A DNA stretch of 64,000 nt from Eledone cirrhosa (lineage: Eukaryota), in contig OZ024740.1 of the NCBI GenBank assembly GCA_964016885.1, forward strand, positions 51,274,001 through 51,338,000, in the 5' to 3' direction. The position numbers were made by a program, and so were the translations under genes. The first letter of the stretch is position 1. Each line of letters starts with the position of its first letter. Under the pieces are notes generated by a model. The model was not told the origin of the DNA. It did not search any database and saw only the letters and a list, made by a program, of their open reading frames with translations. Of the stretch, positions 51,880 through 64,000 are shown in pieces.

Positions 51880-52540
51880 AAAGCGTTCTCTTGTATGTAG
51901 GAGCTGAAGTGTAGGCCGCTTTGTGCTCCCAGCGGAGAGAATGGATAAAACGTCTCGGGAAACGCAAGGCTCATTTCTACTGGTAGCCTACTCTGCCCCG
52001 ATATGCCGGAAGTCTCCACTACTACAGCTTCCACCACGAACCTATCGGAGAGCGACCGACATCTGAATATTTTGCCCTCTTCGGCCTGGCGAGCAGCGAA
52101 GTCTGGGTTAGTTGCCAAATGCAGTAGGTTGTCGTCTTGGCCCGTTGTTTACCCAGAGGCATCTTCAACAAGCGTTCAATAGGGTGATCCATTGGACATC
52201 CTCTTCTTCACTCTCGGGGTAAGCATCACCTCCTCTCAATGCCTGGTATCTGGGCGATGCCACGATAGGCAAGCCCGCAGAGAGTGTCTGCCACAATCTC
52301 CGATCAGTGATTCCCACTCTTGCGAGGAGGATTCTCAAGACCAACTCGTCGGACGTGTCGGAGGTCGTAAACACCAATTACGATGTGGAGCGATCCGCGG
52401 TCTCCGTCTCGGACATGCGATCTTTATTCCATCGGTTTGGCGATCCTCCCGCTCCACCCTCAGTTCCAGGCTTCACCAACTCGAAAGTCTGACGAACAGA
52501 CTGAATATGTTCAACGCCCAACCGGCACTCTTTCTGTTAA
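51880..52540 (-). mobile_element. CRE-clade fragments (RLE region plus upstream piece)
   Basis: ATNPDFAARQAEEGKIFRCRSLSDRFVVEAVVVETSG, homologous to 59450-59560. Confidence 0.7.
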
Positions 52541-53681
52541 AGAAATGAAACGACGTTTTGGTTGTTGTGGAAGAGGATGATAAACACGACAAATACCAAT
52601 AATTCTGGTTGGATATATAACTTTATTTCACTTCAGCAAAAAAAGGGAAAAATATGATTACTTCGAATCATAAACATAAAAGGATTTTGCGACGTTTCCT
52701 TAAAAAAGTGAAAAGTTGTAGTCAGACAGTACGTACCAGCGTAGGTAGTTTAGTGGAGTTAGTCCCAGGGTTACTTACTCCAGTAAGTACCACCGCATCC
52801 CAACTACTAAATTTAATAGAAATAAGAGATAGAATTTTCTTACAATTTCATTTCGTGTGAGAATTATCTCTCACTACATTTGAAGTAATAACTGAAGCAT
52901 AATAAGTTTCTCAAAACGAGTATCAAAATAACTTGCGTTTATTGTAGTCTGTGTATTACAAATGTGGTAAGCAAATGCACCTCATGGCATGACAAAGTAT
53001 AATCCTGAACCATAAGATGTGGTTGGAAAAGGTTAGCATGTTCGCACTCGATGTGATCACTTCAAGGGTTAACCGGCAAAGAGAGGAAAATGACTTTCAG
53101 TTCCATCTTTTATAATCTTTTGACCGGAAGTTTAAGGAAGGTTCTAGAATTTCGACGGGAAGTAACTCTAGCTACTTCTCCTGTCTAGAGAGCGCTACAA
53201 GACTCTCCTCTCAGACGAGAAGTCGAATAACCAATCGAAGGTCATTGTAGCGAGAACCCGTATGAAATGAGGAGCAAAGCAAAAGGTACAAGAAAATGAA
53301 TGAATAAAAACATGAGCAAGCAAATAGCAAAAGGAGCACAAAACAAGTAAATGCATTTTACAAAGAAATATGTGAATGTAACAAACTGATAATTCAAAGT
53401 TAATATAAGGGAGCAGAGAAAAATTAATGCTCAATGGTAAGTTCAAAGTTTTTCAAAGTCAAATAGTTCATACATCACCAGTGTACAGACATTTCTGACA
53501 CTAGTTCTATCTGAAAACTGAAAAAGAAGTTTGTTAATGCCACTAGGGGTTAGATATATATTGTTTTTGAGAGTTTTCGTGGCCATTTTACCGTCCTGCC
53601 ACCTCGTGTGACATAAGGTTGTGTGATACGTGGTGTTTGCGGTGGAGGTGAAGGTGTTGATGTGGGAGTGTAATGAGACTT

Positions 53682-56093
53682 TCAGACAAAGCCTTGCTCT
53701 GTCAATAGATATTGTCTCTTTTCGACCATTGACAGCCACTGTGAAATGTTTGGGTGTGTGCGAAAGCACACGAAAAGGTCCATTGTAGGGTGACGTAAGC
53801 GGTCCCTTGACGGATCATTTCGTATAAAAATATGTGTCCACATAGAGATGTCCGATGGGACAGCAGAAGAAATAGACTGGTCACGAGGGTTCATTGGTGG
53901 AAGATCCGAGAAATACGAACGAATCCTGGTGACATATGATGCTGGGTCAAGATGCGATGAATCCACCGGTGCTAATATTTGTCCAGGAAGAGTTAATACG
54001 GTACCATAAAGAAGTTCAGCAGAAGAAAAACCTAAATCTGTCTTAATGGCAGAATGACAACCAAGAAGCACGATTGTCAAAAATTCGGTCCAGCGTTGCG
54101 GATCAGGAGTAGCGCGAAGTGCAGCTTTCAACTCTCTATGAAACCTCTCCACAATTCCATTGGAGGCTGGGTGATAGCTAGTCGTATGAATGTGATGAGC
54201 ACCCAAGAGTCGTGATATTTCACGAAATAAGGAAGCTTCAAATTGGCGTCCACGATCCGTAGTTATTTTAGCAGGAACACCAAAGCGAGCAATCCAATTG
54301 GAAATGAAAGCTCGGGCAACGGACTCTGCTGTTATGTCCACTAGGGGTATGGCTTCAGGCCACCGAGAGAAACGATCGATAGAAGTCAATATATAAGTGA
54401 ACCCACGACTAACGGGCCACGGACCAACAAAATCCATGTGAATATGACGGAAACGTGCGTCTGGCGGGCTGATATTCCCAAGAGGAGCGCGGACATGCCG
54501 ATAAATCTTAGAGCGCTGACACTTCAAACAAGAGCGTGCCCAACCGGTGATTAAACGGCGCATATTAGGCCAGAAAAATCGAGCCGTAATAAGCTTCACC
54601 GTGGCAGCTATGCCGGAATGCGACAAGGAATGAAGTGCATCAAAAACGGTACGCTGATGACAATCTGGAACAAGTGGTCTGGGTGAGCCAGTAGAAATAT
54701 CGCAAAGAATTTTTCCTTCAGCAGACGGAAGAGGTAAATATTCAAATTTACAGCAGGAAAGCTGGGTAGAAGAAATGTCCAACGAATCCAAAGTAAGTTG
54801 GTCAGTTGCTATGGCAACCAAATCGATGTGTGCAGGGGACGTAAGAGAACACACAGAAAGTCGAGATAGTGCGTCCGCGGGTATGTTGGCAGTTCCGGCT
54901 ATATGACGAATGTCACTGGTATACTGGGAGATGAGATCCAGATGCCTATACGCTCTCGGAGAGTACCTGTCTGACTTGGTTTGAAGAGCGAATGTGAGTG
55001 GTTTATGGTCTGTGAATACCGTGAACTCCCGACCTTCAAGAAGATGGTGGAAGTGTCTCACAGCAAGATAAATTGCTAAAAGCTCTCTGTCAAAAGTACT
55101 GTAACGTTGCTCTGCTGGTTTTAGTTGGCGTGAGATGAACGCCAGTGGTTGAACTTGGTGGTCCATCGCATGCTGCAAAACTGCTCCAACAGCATGATCG
55201 GATGCATCAACAGATAAAGAAAGTTTCGCGTTTGCAACAGGATGGGCGAGGAAGGAAACTTCAGCTAGCTCAGACTTGACGGATTCAAAAGACTGCAAAG
55301 CATCAGCAGAAAGTGAAATAGGAGCATCTTTCTTTTTTGCAGTCTTTAAAAACTGTGTCAAGGGGAACAACTTGTCCGCACAGTTAGGAATGAAACGATG
55401 ATAAAAGTTAATTAATCCCAAGAAATGACGTAATTGTTTCAGGGAGGTGGGTGGTGCGATATGCTGAATCGCTTCTACCTTAGATGGCAAAGGTCGTATG
55501 CCTTCCGAATCTATAAGATGTCCAAGGAATTTCAGTGAAGCTGTACCAAACACACATTTAGCTGGGTTGATTCTGACTTGGTACGATCGAAGACGTTGAA
55601 ATAACTGGGATAGATGTTGATGGTGGTGCTCAGCTGAATCACTGGCTATCAGGAGATCATCCACGTAAGCAAACACGAAATCCAATCCACGCGTAACTTC
55701 ATCGATAAAACGTTGGAACGTGCTGGAGACATTCCGCAAACCAAAAGGCATGGACAGGAATTCAAATGAACCAAAGAGGGTGGTCACAGCTGTTTTTGGT
55801 ATATCCTCTGGATTCATGGGTATCTGGTGGTAAGCCCGTACCAGATCTATTTTAGAAAATATCTTGCATCCATGCAGAACGGATGAAAAATCCTGTAAGT
55901 TTGGTAAAGGATAACGATCAGGTGTAGTGATGGCATTAAGTCGTCTAAAATCTCCCACAGGTCTAAAATCCGCCTCACCCTTACGAGCCAAATGAAGCGG
56001 AGATGCCCATGGGCTGGTGGACGGTCGTATAAGACCAAGCTGAAGCATGTGTTCGAACTCATCCTTGGCTTTCTTTAGCCTGTCCGGGGCCAA
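53682..56093 (-). CDS. pol: Gypsy pol, open over 803 aa (RT, RNase H, integrase); joined to gag/protease only through frameshifts
   Basis: [73 protein letters not shown]. Confidence 0.92.
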   Translation of the reverse strand: MAPDRLKKAKDEFEHMLQLGLIRPSTSPWASPLHLARKGEADFRPVGDFRRLNAITTPDRYPLPNLQDFSSVLHGCKIFSKIDLVRAYHQIPMNPEDIPKTAVTTLFGSFEFLSMPFGLRNVSSTFQRFIDEVTRGLDFVFAYVDDLLIASDSAEHHHQHLSQLFQRLRSYQVRINPAKCVFGTASLKFLGHLIDSEGIRPLPSKVEAIQHIAPPTSLKQLRHFLGLINFYHRFIPNCADKLFPLTQFLKTAKKKDAPISLSADALQSFESVKSELAEVSFLAHPVANAKLSLSVDASDHAVGAVLQHAMDHQVQPLAFISRQLKPAEQRYSTFDRELLAIYLAVRHFHHLLEGREFTVFTDHKPLTFALQTKSDRYSPRAYRHLDLISQYTSDIRHIAGTANIPADALSRLSVCSLTSPAHIDLVAIATDQLTLDSLDISSTQLSCCKFEYLPLPSAEGKILCDISTGSPRPLVPDCHQRTVFDALHSLSHSGIAATVKLITARFFWPNMRRLITGWARSCLKCQRSKIYRHVRAPLGNISPPDARFRHIHMDFVGPWPVSRGFTYILTSIDRFSRWPEAIPLVDITAESVARAFISNWIARFGVPAKITTDRGRQFEASLFREISRLLGAHHIHTTSYHPASNGIVERFHRELKAALRATPDPQRWTEFLTIVLLGCHSAIKTDLGFSSAELLYGTVLTLPGQILAPVDSSHLDPASYVTRIRSYFSDLPPMNPRDQSISSAVPSDISMWTHIFIRNDPSRDRLRHPTMDLFVCFRTHPNISQWLSMVEKRQYLLTEQGFV

Positions 56094-56184
56094 CCTATGT
56101 GGACGAGAAAAACAGGCGGAGCAGTTGTTGTAATAAAGCGTCGAGTCGAGTGGACTACCTGATTCGTTTTAAATGAGATATCAG

Positions 56185-57436
56185 TTAACTCGCGAAACGA
56201 GGCAAGAAGTGAATGAAACTGGTTTCCAGGGCAGCTATAAAACACGAGGGACTTATGACAGTAGCAGTAGACCTACGAGCAGGCGTAGATAAAGATGTGG
56301 TACCATCCACAAGTTTCTGTCTCCTGACATCTACCAACAGTGAATAGTGGTGTAAAAAAATCAGCACCGAGAATAGGATGAGGTAGGTCCGCAACGACGA
56401 AAATCCATTTGAAATCTCGACGCAAAGATAGGTCCAATGATAAAGATATTTGTCCACAAGTTTTTATAGGAGACTGGTTTACTGCGTATAAAGAAATGCC
56501 GGAAAAATTTGGCTTGGTAGAGCTGAACCGAAGAGGCCAAATGCTGCAACTAGATCCTGTGTCGACCATAAATGATCTGTTCGAGACTCGGTCTCTGATA
56601 AAGAAAGCACGATAAGGTGAATTAATGAGGAAGAGGTCTTCCGTGCCCAGACTCTCCAATTTTAGTTTACCGAGGTCTTGAAAGAGCAGGGTTGAACAGT
56701 GTTTCGCCTTTTCACGAACACGCACGTGATACCAACACAAAGACGAGTTGTTGGCGGGGTGTTTGGCGCGACGATGAAGAGAAGGAGACCGATTCCGTGA
56801 ACGCCACCTGGATGGCATTCGCTCCCGACACAGTTTAGCCACTTGACGAGTTAACACGTCAATGGCTCTCAACATTGAGTCCTCACGAGGTGAAGCAAGC
56901 TGTGTTTTAAAAGCAGAAGAAGCGACGAGTAAATCTGCCGAAGTAGGCACACGAGAAAATTCCATAATGCGGTCCGCCGAGGCTGCAATTTGTTCCAGAG
57001 AACTGGTGTCGACCATATTTGTGTCTGCACATTTGTTGGCAAACGGAAGAAGAATAATTGTTTCACGAAAGAGTTGTCCTCTGCTGTTGAGTCGCTCAGT
57101 TTCCGGATGCGCCGTAAAAACTGAGACGGGGTTCTGTCTCCCAGGTTTTCCTCCTCCAACAAGGAACGAAATCTGCTCTCAGAGCACTTCTGCCTTTAGG
57201 GTTTCGTAAGATGTGCCTTGTGGAGGATCTGTGATTATGTCTTTAACTGAGGTTTCCAGCGAAGCAGGAATTCCACTTATGAGCACGTGTAAAATTTGTT
57301 GTGCCGCTTGAACGCCATGGGCAGCAAAATACAAGTCCAGTTGTGCAAACCACAACTTTGCATCACCAGAATATGTCGGTAACGAAGAATTGCTCATGAT
57401 GGACACAGTAGCCGCTGAGTGAAAATTGTTTTTCAA
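56185..57436 (-). pseudogene. gag: Gypsy gag and aspartic protease, frameshifted
   Basis: LWFAQLDLYF..YETLKAEVL; LGDRTPSQFLRRIR; CWYH..C knuckle; FMVDTGS; ILGADF. Confidence 0.88.
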
Positions 57437-58399
57437 CTACCGCACACGTCGTAGTACCATGAATAGCTGAAGTAAAATGTAGCACCGAGCAAGTAAGATG
57501 GCGACTTCAAAAAAACGAAAGCTTGGTTGAACCGACGACACGAGGGACAAACATTTTTTTGTTTTCTATTTTGTTCGTCCCACACGAACTGACTGAAATA
57601 AAACGAATTTCCTAGAGTCGTGAATAATTTTTTTTATGTGTAGTTGTTGAGTTTACCATTTTAGTGGAGTTGTTTAGCAATATTTTGTGTAGCAATAAAT
57701 TGTAATAGTTATAGTGTATGAAAATATTTGTCACTACTTTTATACGCTGTTGAATAAATGAATTTGTTTTTGCTGCGTGTTCGGGGTCACCATTTTTAGT
57801 GAGTTAGTCCCAGGGTTACTTACTCCAGTAAGTTCCACCGGATCCCAACTACTAAATTTAATAGAAATAAGAGATAGAATTTTCTTACAATTTCATTTCG
57901 TGTGAGAATTATCTCTCACTACATTTGAAGTAATAACTGGAGCATAATAAGTTTCTCAAAACGAGTATCAAAATAACTTGCGTTTATTGTAGTCCGTGTA
58001 TTACAAATGTGGTAATACACGTGGCATGACAAGGTATAATCCTGAACCATAAGATGTGGTTCTAGAAGGTTAGCATGTTTGCACTCGATGTGATCACTTC
58101 AAGGGTTAACCGGCAAAGAGAGGAAAATGACTTTCAGTTCCATCTTTTATAATCCTTTGAACGGAAGTTTAAGGAAGGTACTAGAATTTCAACGGGAAGT
58201 AACTCTAGCTACTTCCCTTGTCTAGAGAGCACTACAGTAGTAATAAGCTCACAGGGGCAAGAAGGCTGTGTTGTCTATATGAAGAGGCAGATGACTTAGT
58301 TTGGTTGAAGTGCCGATGGAAGAATTGCTGTCGGACCCTTGTCGAGATGACTGAATTTTTTTTTTTTTTTTTTGCTAAATACTACATCCCGATATTTGC

Positions 58400-59720
58400 T
58401 TGAGTAACTCGAAGTGATAATTCTCTTCCGAGGAACCAGAGTGGAATGACCCCAAGAAAAACTTATCTCATTTAACCTCAAGTTGGCCAGCCTTTCCAGA
58501 CCATTGACGCCAACCAGAGATAAAAAGAAATAGCAGCCAGATGTCATTCGGAGGTCAGTATGTTTGAAGAGATTTCTCTACAGAAGTGCTTCGCCATACC
58601 GAAGCTCCTAGACACCTACAGTGCACCCTGCTACAGCCAAACATCTCTTTCCACAGATCTCGCCGCCTGCATCCGACGGGCTGCTGAAGAAAAATGCAGC
58701 GTCTACTAGTTAGATGACACCGGATGGCAACTGGCTACATTACTCGTCAGATATGGTGGTCTCGATCTCCTGTCGCCAGTCTCACTGGCCCTGCTTGCTT
58801 TCCTTTCGCCAGTGATATTTTGCCATGTCATCATCAACAGGATATCTACAACACAACTGGGCGTAATATGATCGGGGGATGCGAGGCGGCCTACGCGATA
58901 TGGAACCAGCTCGGCCTCCGCCCTGCGGACGTCATCCCCCTTTCCTCTTTGTAAACACCCAATCCCCCAAACAAATGGAACGCCATCCAGTGCAACATGA
59001 CCGCGAACAGGCTTGATCAGCACAGTCTGGCATGTTTTCGCTCGCCCTCCCAACTCCATAGCGATGCCTGGCTCAATGCACTGCCATCACTTTCGACTGG
59101 CACTCAGCTGGACAGCGACTGCTTGCGCATCGGTTTTTTCTGAGGCTTGGTCGCCAGATCTGTGAGCTTCACAAATGCCATTGCGGATCCACTGGATTCT
59201 TTCGATCTCCATCCACTGCCATGCCGTTATAGTGCTGGTCGCCTCCCACGCCATGCTGCTCTAAGCGAGATTATAAAGCATGGCCTGGACACTGCAGGCT
59301 TCTCTTACTAGCTTGATTCAGCGGTTCTGGACCGAGAGGACGGCAAAAGGTCAGACAGCATGACAATCTTCCCGTTCCGTGGGGGTAAGTTCCTCATCTG
59401 GGAAACCACATGTGACGAATTCTCTGGTGGCCATCTAGTGTGTTCGGCTACGAGCCCAGGCTTCACTGCTCGCCAGGTAGAAGAGGGCAAACTATCCAAG
59501 TATCGACCGTTCTTTGATACGTTTGTAGTTGAGTCTGTGGCAATGGGGACTTTCGGCGTTCTTGGCCCCCGTACTAAATCCCTACTATTTGCTATTGGAG
59601 CGGTGTTGGCTACCTGCGAATGCGAGGCGGAGTGGCTGTTCTAGCACGTCTCCCTCGCCGTCCTTTAGGACAATGTCTTCTCCATCCTGTCCGCTGGGCC
59701 TACAAGGCGGACTGAATTCT
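58400..59720 (+). mobile_element. CRE-clade retrotransposon 3' half, degenerate
   Basis: DAWLNALP; zinc knuckle remnant; [36 protein letters not shown]. Confidence 0.82.
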
Positions 59721-59869
59721 TAAATTTCATTTATGGTGGTGACATGTGGAATAATTTACTTACGCTATGTTTCTGCTTTGTTGGCTGTAGAACAGACACA
59801 CACATATAAGACATTCATCACCCTATACTGAAAAACGTTTGCTCGTCCAACAATAGGTCTGACTGGCAG

Positions 59870-61845
59870 AAATTGTTTTTGTGTCCCCTCATCTCTCTTC
59901 ACGTGCACAATGCGAACTTGGGTTCCCTCACGTCCTCTCTCAAGCGGCAGTTCCAGCTGTTTGAGTCCACCCCAACCACGTCTCATCTCAGTTCGACACC
60001 GAGCTCGGTGTCCACCAACAGACAACTGGTAGACCTCAAGCGAGCGGTCAATGCCAAATTCAGCGAATTTGACATTAAAGGGGCTGTCCGTCTCCTCTCT
60101 TCTCTGTCCTCCCTTGCTCCGTGCAACTCTGATTCTCTTGAGCATCTGAAAGAGAAGCACCCATCGTCACCCCCAGATGGTCAGCTACACTGGCCCGAAC
60201 CACCAGAATACTCGAGACCGGTTTACACCACCGATATCATCAGAAAGGCGATTTAATCATTCCCCGCTGGGTCAGGCGTGGGAATTGACGGCCTTCGTCT
60301 GCAACACCTCAAGGATGGTATCTCCTTATCGGCCGGTGACGCCAGACTCGAGCTCTTGGAGAGTCTGACTCATTTTGAGAATTAGTTCGCTTCAGTGAAT
60401 GTTCTCCCGTTCATCCGCCCACTGTTCTTCGGTGCGAAGCTATTTGGTCTCACCAAGCCCAACGGGGACCTGCGCCCCATTGCGGTTGGCTGCACTCTTC
60501 GCCGCCTCACTGCAAAGGCGTGTTTGCTGTTGGAATTTTCCCCCATACAGCTGGGGGTGGGTACCAGGTTGGGATATGAGGCTGCTGTCCACGCTGCCAG
60601 AGCATTTACCAACTTGCCCTCCTCGTTCGCCAAGGTCATCCTCAAACTTGACCTCAGGAATGCCTTCAACTCCGTCAGCCGCGACATCGTCCTCGGCTCA
60701 GTTAGAGAGAGGGTCCCACAACTCTACCACTTTGCTTGGCAGACTTATCGGGGGCTCTCCTACTTCTCTTTCGGTGACCAGATCATCACCTTTGCTTCAG
60801 GAGTCCAATAGGGTGACCCACTCGGGCCCGCACTGTTTGCACTGGGCATTGATAACGTCACCAAGATGGGGGTTGAGTTGGACCTCAATGTCTGGTACCT
60901 CGACGACGCCTGTTTGGGGGCAACTCCGGATATAGTTCTCGCCACTGCCAACAGGATGGTGGAGGAGCTTGGCCGCCGGGGTCTCCAGATCAATAGCTTC
61001 AAATGTGAGCTCTGGATCCTCAACCACCCGGCTTCTCAACACCAACAGCTGATCGACCTGTTCGCAGAGTCCTTCCCTTCCATCGCGCTCCCTCCCCCGT
61101 CGGCTTGGTGCTCCTTAGGAGCCCCAATCACAGACTTGGCCTTCGAGTCAACCTTCCAATCGAAGATGGTTGGCTTTGAGCAGCTGCTGAGGAATATCGA
61201 AGTTATCGAACCCCATCAAGGTTTCTTCATACTCAGGAACTACCTGTCTATTCCTAAGCTTCTGTATCTACTCAGGGTCAGCCCCTCTCACAGATTTCCG
61301 TCCTGCCTCCAACGCTTCGACGACCTAATCTTCGAGAGACCCGAGTGCCTGGTCAATGTTAGACTCTCTCCAGAGTCCCGCGATCAGGCTGCGTTGCCCA
61401 AGCGATTTGGGGGTCTTGGTCTTCTAAGTGTTCGTCCCTCTCTCTCCCCTGCTCCCTTTCCTCCTCCCACGCTTGTTCCACCCTGGTGAGCAGCATCCTC
61501 TCCTCTCTAACATTGACTAGTTCCAACAGGGGATGGAGGACAGTCGAAGTCAAAGAACTTGGGACAGCGTAAGTTCGAAGGCCTCTTTCGACTCCCTCTT
61601 CGTCCAGTCAGATCAGTTTGCGCCAAATACTCAGGCGACTGGGTCGATGCCCTACCCGTGGCCAACGTTGGTGGCCTACTCAGCCTGGACGAACTTCGTG
61701 TCTCCATCGCCCTCAGAGTGGGAGCATGGGTTTGAGGTGCCGATGTGTTTGAGGTGCTGACATCAGCATGGGTTTGAGGTGCCGATGCGGCAAACTCCTC
61801 GACTCTACAGGCCTCCACGGTCTTTCTTGCCGCCTGAATGCTGCG
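59870..61845 (+). mobile_element. CRE-clade retrotransposon RT region through zinc knuckle
   Basis: LRPIAVGCTLRRL; QLGVG; KLDLRNAFNSVSR; GVQ*GDPLGPALF; WYLDD; QAALPKRFGGLG; LDSTGLHGLSC. Confidence 0.9.
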
Positions 61846-64000
61846 GATCAACCCTCTATAGAATGACGAAGTGGAGTCTCCACTGATCGCCGGGTCCACC
61901 TGCCAGAGGGCTGTGAGCGCCTGAGCACATTCGATGTGCCAGTCGCCCATTTTCGACGGTCTTTTCTTGACCCAGGACTGCAGCTCGGTCAGCGAGACCC
62001 GTCGTGGGAAGGCTCGCCCACACCGGTTGTCCGGTGAGGAATACGTAGAGATGCCGCAGCCTGAGCGCGTGTTTGCGCATTGTCAGCCACGGCATCCCCA
62101 GCCCTCCGTTGGAAGGGCGTTGGCAGCAGATGGATCTTCTCACCATAGGAGCCCACCTCTTCCAAAGGAATTGGAAGAGCGCCGCTCCATTTTGGCGAGC
62201 GTTTGGCTGGACAAGGCACGACGGTCAAGCGGTAGTAGATGGCGGACGCTATAAAAGTGTTCGCCACCTCCACTCGACCTTTCAAGGATAGTTTTCACTC
62301 GGCCCATTTCTGGGTGAGCGCAAACACCTTGGCCGACACCTCTTTCCAGTTCTTCCCCACCTGGAGGTCCGGACCAAACCAGACCCCGAGCAGTTTTACT
62401 GGTCCTTCCGTCCAGCGTCCGACGACGCCATCGGAAGGCATCGGTTTTCCCCTCCACGATCCGAGTTGCAAACCAATGGACTTGTTCCGGTTCAGCTTCG
62501 CTCCTGTGAAACTTTCGTATTCCTTCAGTAAGGTGCCGACTTCCTCGATTTGCGAGGGGCTCGACACCATTACTGTCACGTCGTCGGCGTAGGCCGACGC
62601 CGCTTTCCGCAGTCCCGGTTCCAGAGGGATGCCTTGCAATAGCTCCAACTTCCGCAGTAGTGGCTCGAGAGTCAATACGTACAGAAGGGAGGAGAGAGGG
62701 CATCCCTGTCGAATGGATCGCGTGATATGGAACGGCTCCGAGAGGTAGCCGTTCACCTTAACTCTTGAGCGGATGTTGCTGTTATGCATTGCAGCAATCC
62801 AGCCCCTGAACACGGGTCCGAAGCCTGCCGCCTCGAGCACCGCATCCAGGTAACGATGGTCAACCCTATCGAAAGCCTTAGACTGATCCAAGTTGATCAG
62901 GGCCCCACCGAAGCCGGGTTTACACCCTATGCTCTCTATGATGTATCGCATGAGGTGGCGGTTGTCGTGTATGGACCTTGTCGGGATTGCGCATGTCTGC
63001 GCTTCTCCCACCAGGTTCCTGACGACAAGCGCCAGCCTCTTTGCCAACACCTTGGCCAAAATCTGTAACTCTGTGTTTAGCAGAGTTATGGGCCGGATGT
63101 TGCCTATTTATCTCCCCCTTATTCTCGTCCTTCCTGACTAGTGTGACTACGTCCCCGGTCACAGAACTGGAATTCTCCCGTTCTATTGCCAGTTGCAGTA
63201 GACCGCTTCCAGGAGACCGGAGAATAAGTCCGGCATTGCTACGTAAAATTCGTAGGGTAGATCGTCGAGACCTGGAGATTTGCGTTTGCCGCATTGGCTC
63301 AACGCGTCCCCTATCTCAGCGGCTGAAATCGGCTTTTCGCAGAACTTTGCCTCGCTGTCCGAGAGTCGCAGTAGGCCGTCGAGGTATGGACCGAAATCCA
63401 TAGCCCCTCCCGGCGCGCCGCCCTGCTCGAACAGCTGAGCAAAGTGCCGCTGAAAGGCCGCACACATCTGCTTCGGCTCACGTATCACGCGTCCGTTTTG
63501 GTCCTTCAAAGACCGAATCGTGGACTTGTTGCCACTTTTTGCCTCCGTCACTCGGGCCCAGCTAACAGCTTTGGCTCCCTCGTTTCCCAGAGCACGTATT
63601 TTGCTTCTGACAACGCAGCCCTCATGCTTTGCGTAGAAGAACTGGTCCAAGGCCGTTCTCGTTGCTAGCACGCTGGCTACGTTTCCACTTCTAATTGCCT
63701 CTTCTACTTTATCTACCAGTTCTTTCTCGGTTCTATTTCTATCTAACGCTAATTCTTTACTAAAAACTAACGAGTCTAATCTAACTGCCCTCTTGAGAGA
63801 GTACCACCATCTGTTGTTGACAATGGCCCCTGTCAAGTGCTGTTTAACTAAAGTATTAATCCGTCTACTGTAGGCTTTGCATGTCGGTAACGACAAGTTC
63901 AGCTTCCAGTAGCTGGGTCCTTGTCTATGTGTTCTATCAAGGTTGACCATGCAGGTCACTAGTTTGTGATCTGAATAGGCAACCATGAACATTTGTGGAC
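61846..64000 (-). mobile_element. Tx1/L1-clade LINE ORF2, runs off the window, 3'-truncated against the CRE
   Basis: SDH, YWKLN, KSPGLDDLPYEFY, LDQSKAFDRVDH, RQGCPLS, YADD, GGLGMP; same family as 29977-32385. Confidence 0.92.

Larger units (their letters stand above)
52749..58236 (-). mobile_element. Near-complete Ty3/Gypsy LTR retrotransposon
   Basis: LTRs 57795-58236 (5') and 52749-53199 (3'); 4-bp TSD GTAG (52745-52748, 58237-58240); PBS TGGTGACCCCGA (57781-57792); PPT GAGAGGAGAG near 53203-53212; gag-pro-RT-RH-IN order. Confidence 0.96.

Overview
AT-rich eukaryotic (animal) genomic DNA made almost entirely of nested, mostly decayed transposable elements. There is no intact host gene, rRNA, true tRNA gene or CRISPR array. 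The dominant tRNA-derived SINE (core TTTTATCGACCCCGTAAGGATGAAAGGCAAAG) resembles, from memory, SINEs of octopod cephalopods; this taxonomic call is an inference. The window holds RTE, CR1, Tx1/L1 and many CRE-type (restriction-like endonuclease) LINE fragments; a near-complete Gypsy element (52749-58236; two LTRs, PBS, PPT, GTAG TSD); a second Gypsy-like element split by a hAT; two hATs with 8-bp TSDs; a mariner; Helitron pieces; several MITEs; and a cluster of Penelope-like elements (PLEs) in (TA)n microsatellites. The most notable observations are: (i) several unrelated type I hammerhead ribozymes, including a ~305-nt non-coding, circularly permuted unit with an inverted copy that looks like a retrozyme (23297-23950) and a fully paired hammerhead at 42315-42394; (ii) a foldback element with near-identical 215-bp arms around unexplained GC-richer cargo (25882-26976), next to a BACK-domain-like ORF that may be a captured gene fragment; (iii) repeated local fold-back or template-switch palindromes; (iv) a Gypsy element whose two LTRs both end in AA instead of CA; (v) two candidate in-frame host exons at 36244-36659. 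All calls were made by eye, without database searches, and boundaries of degraded elements are approximate.
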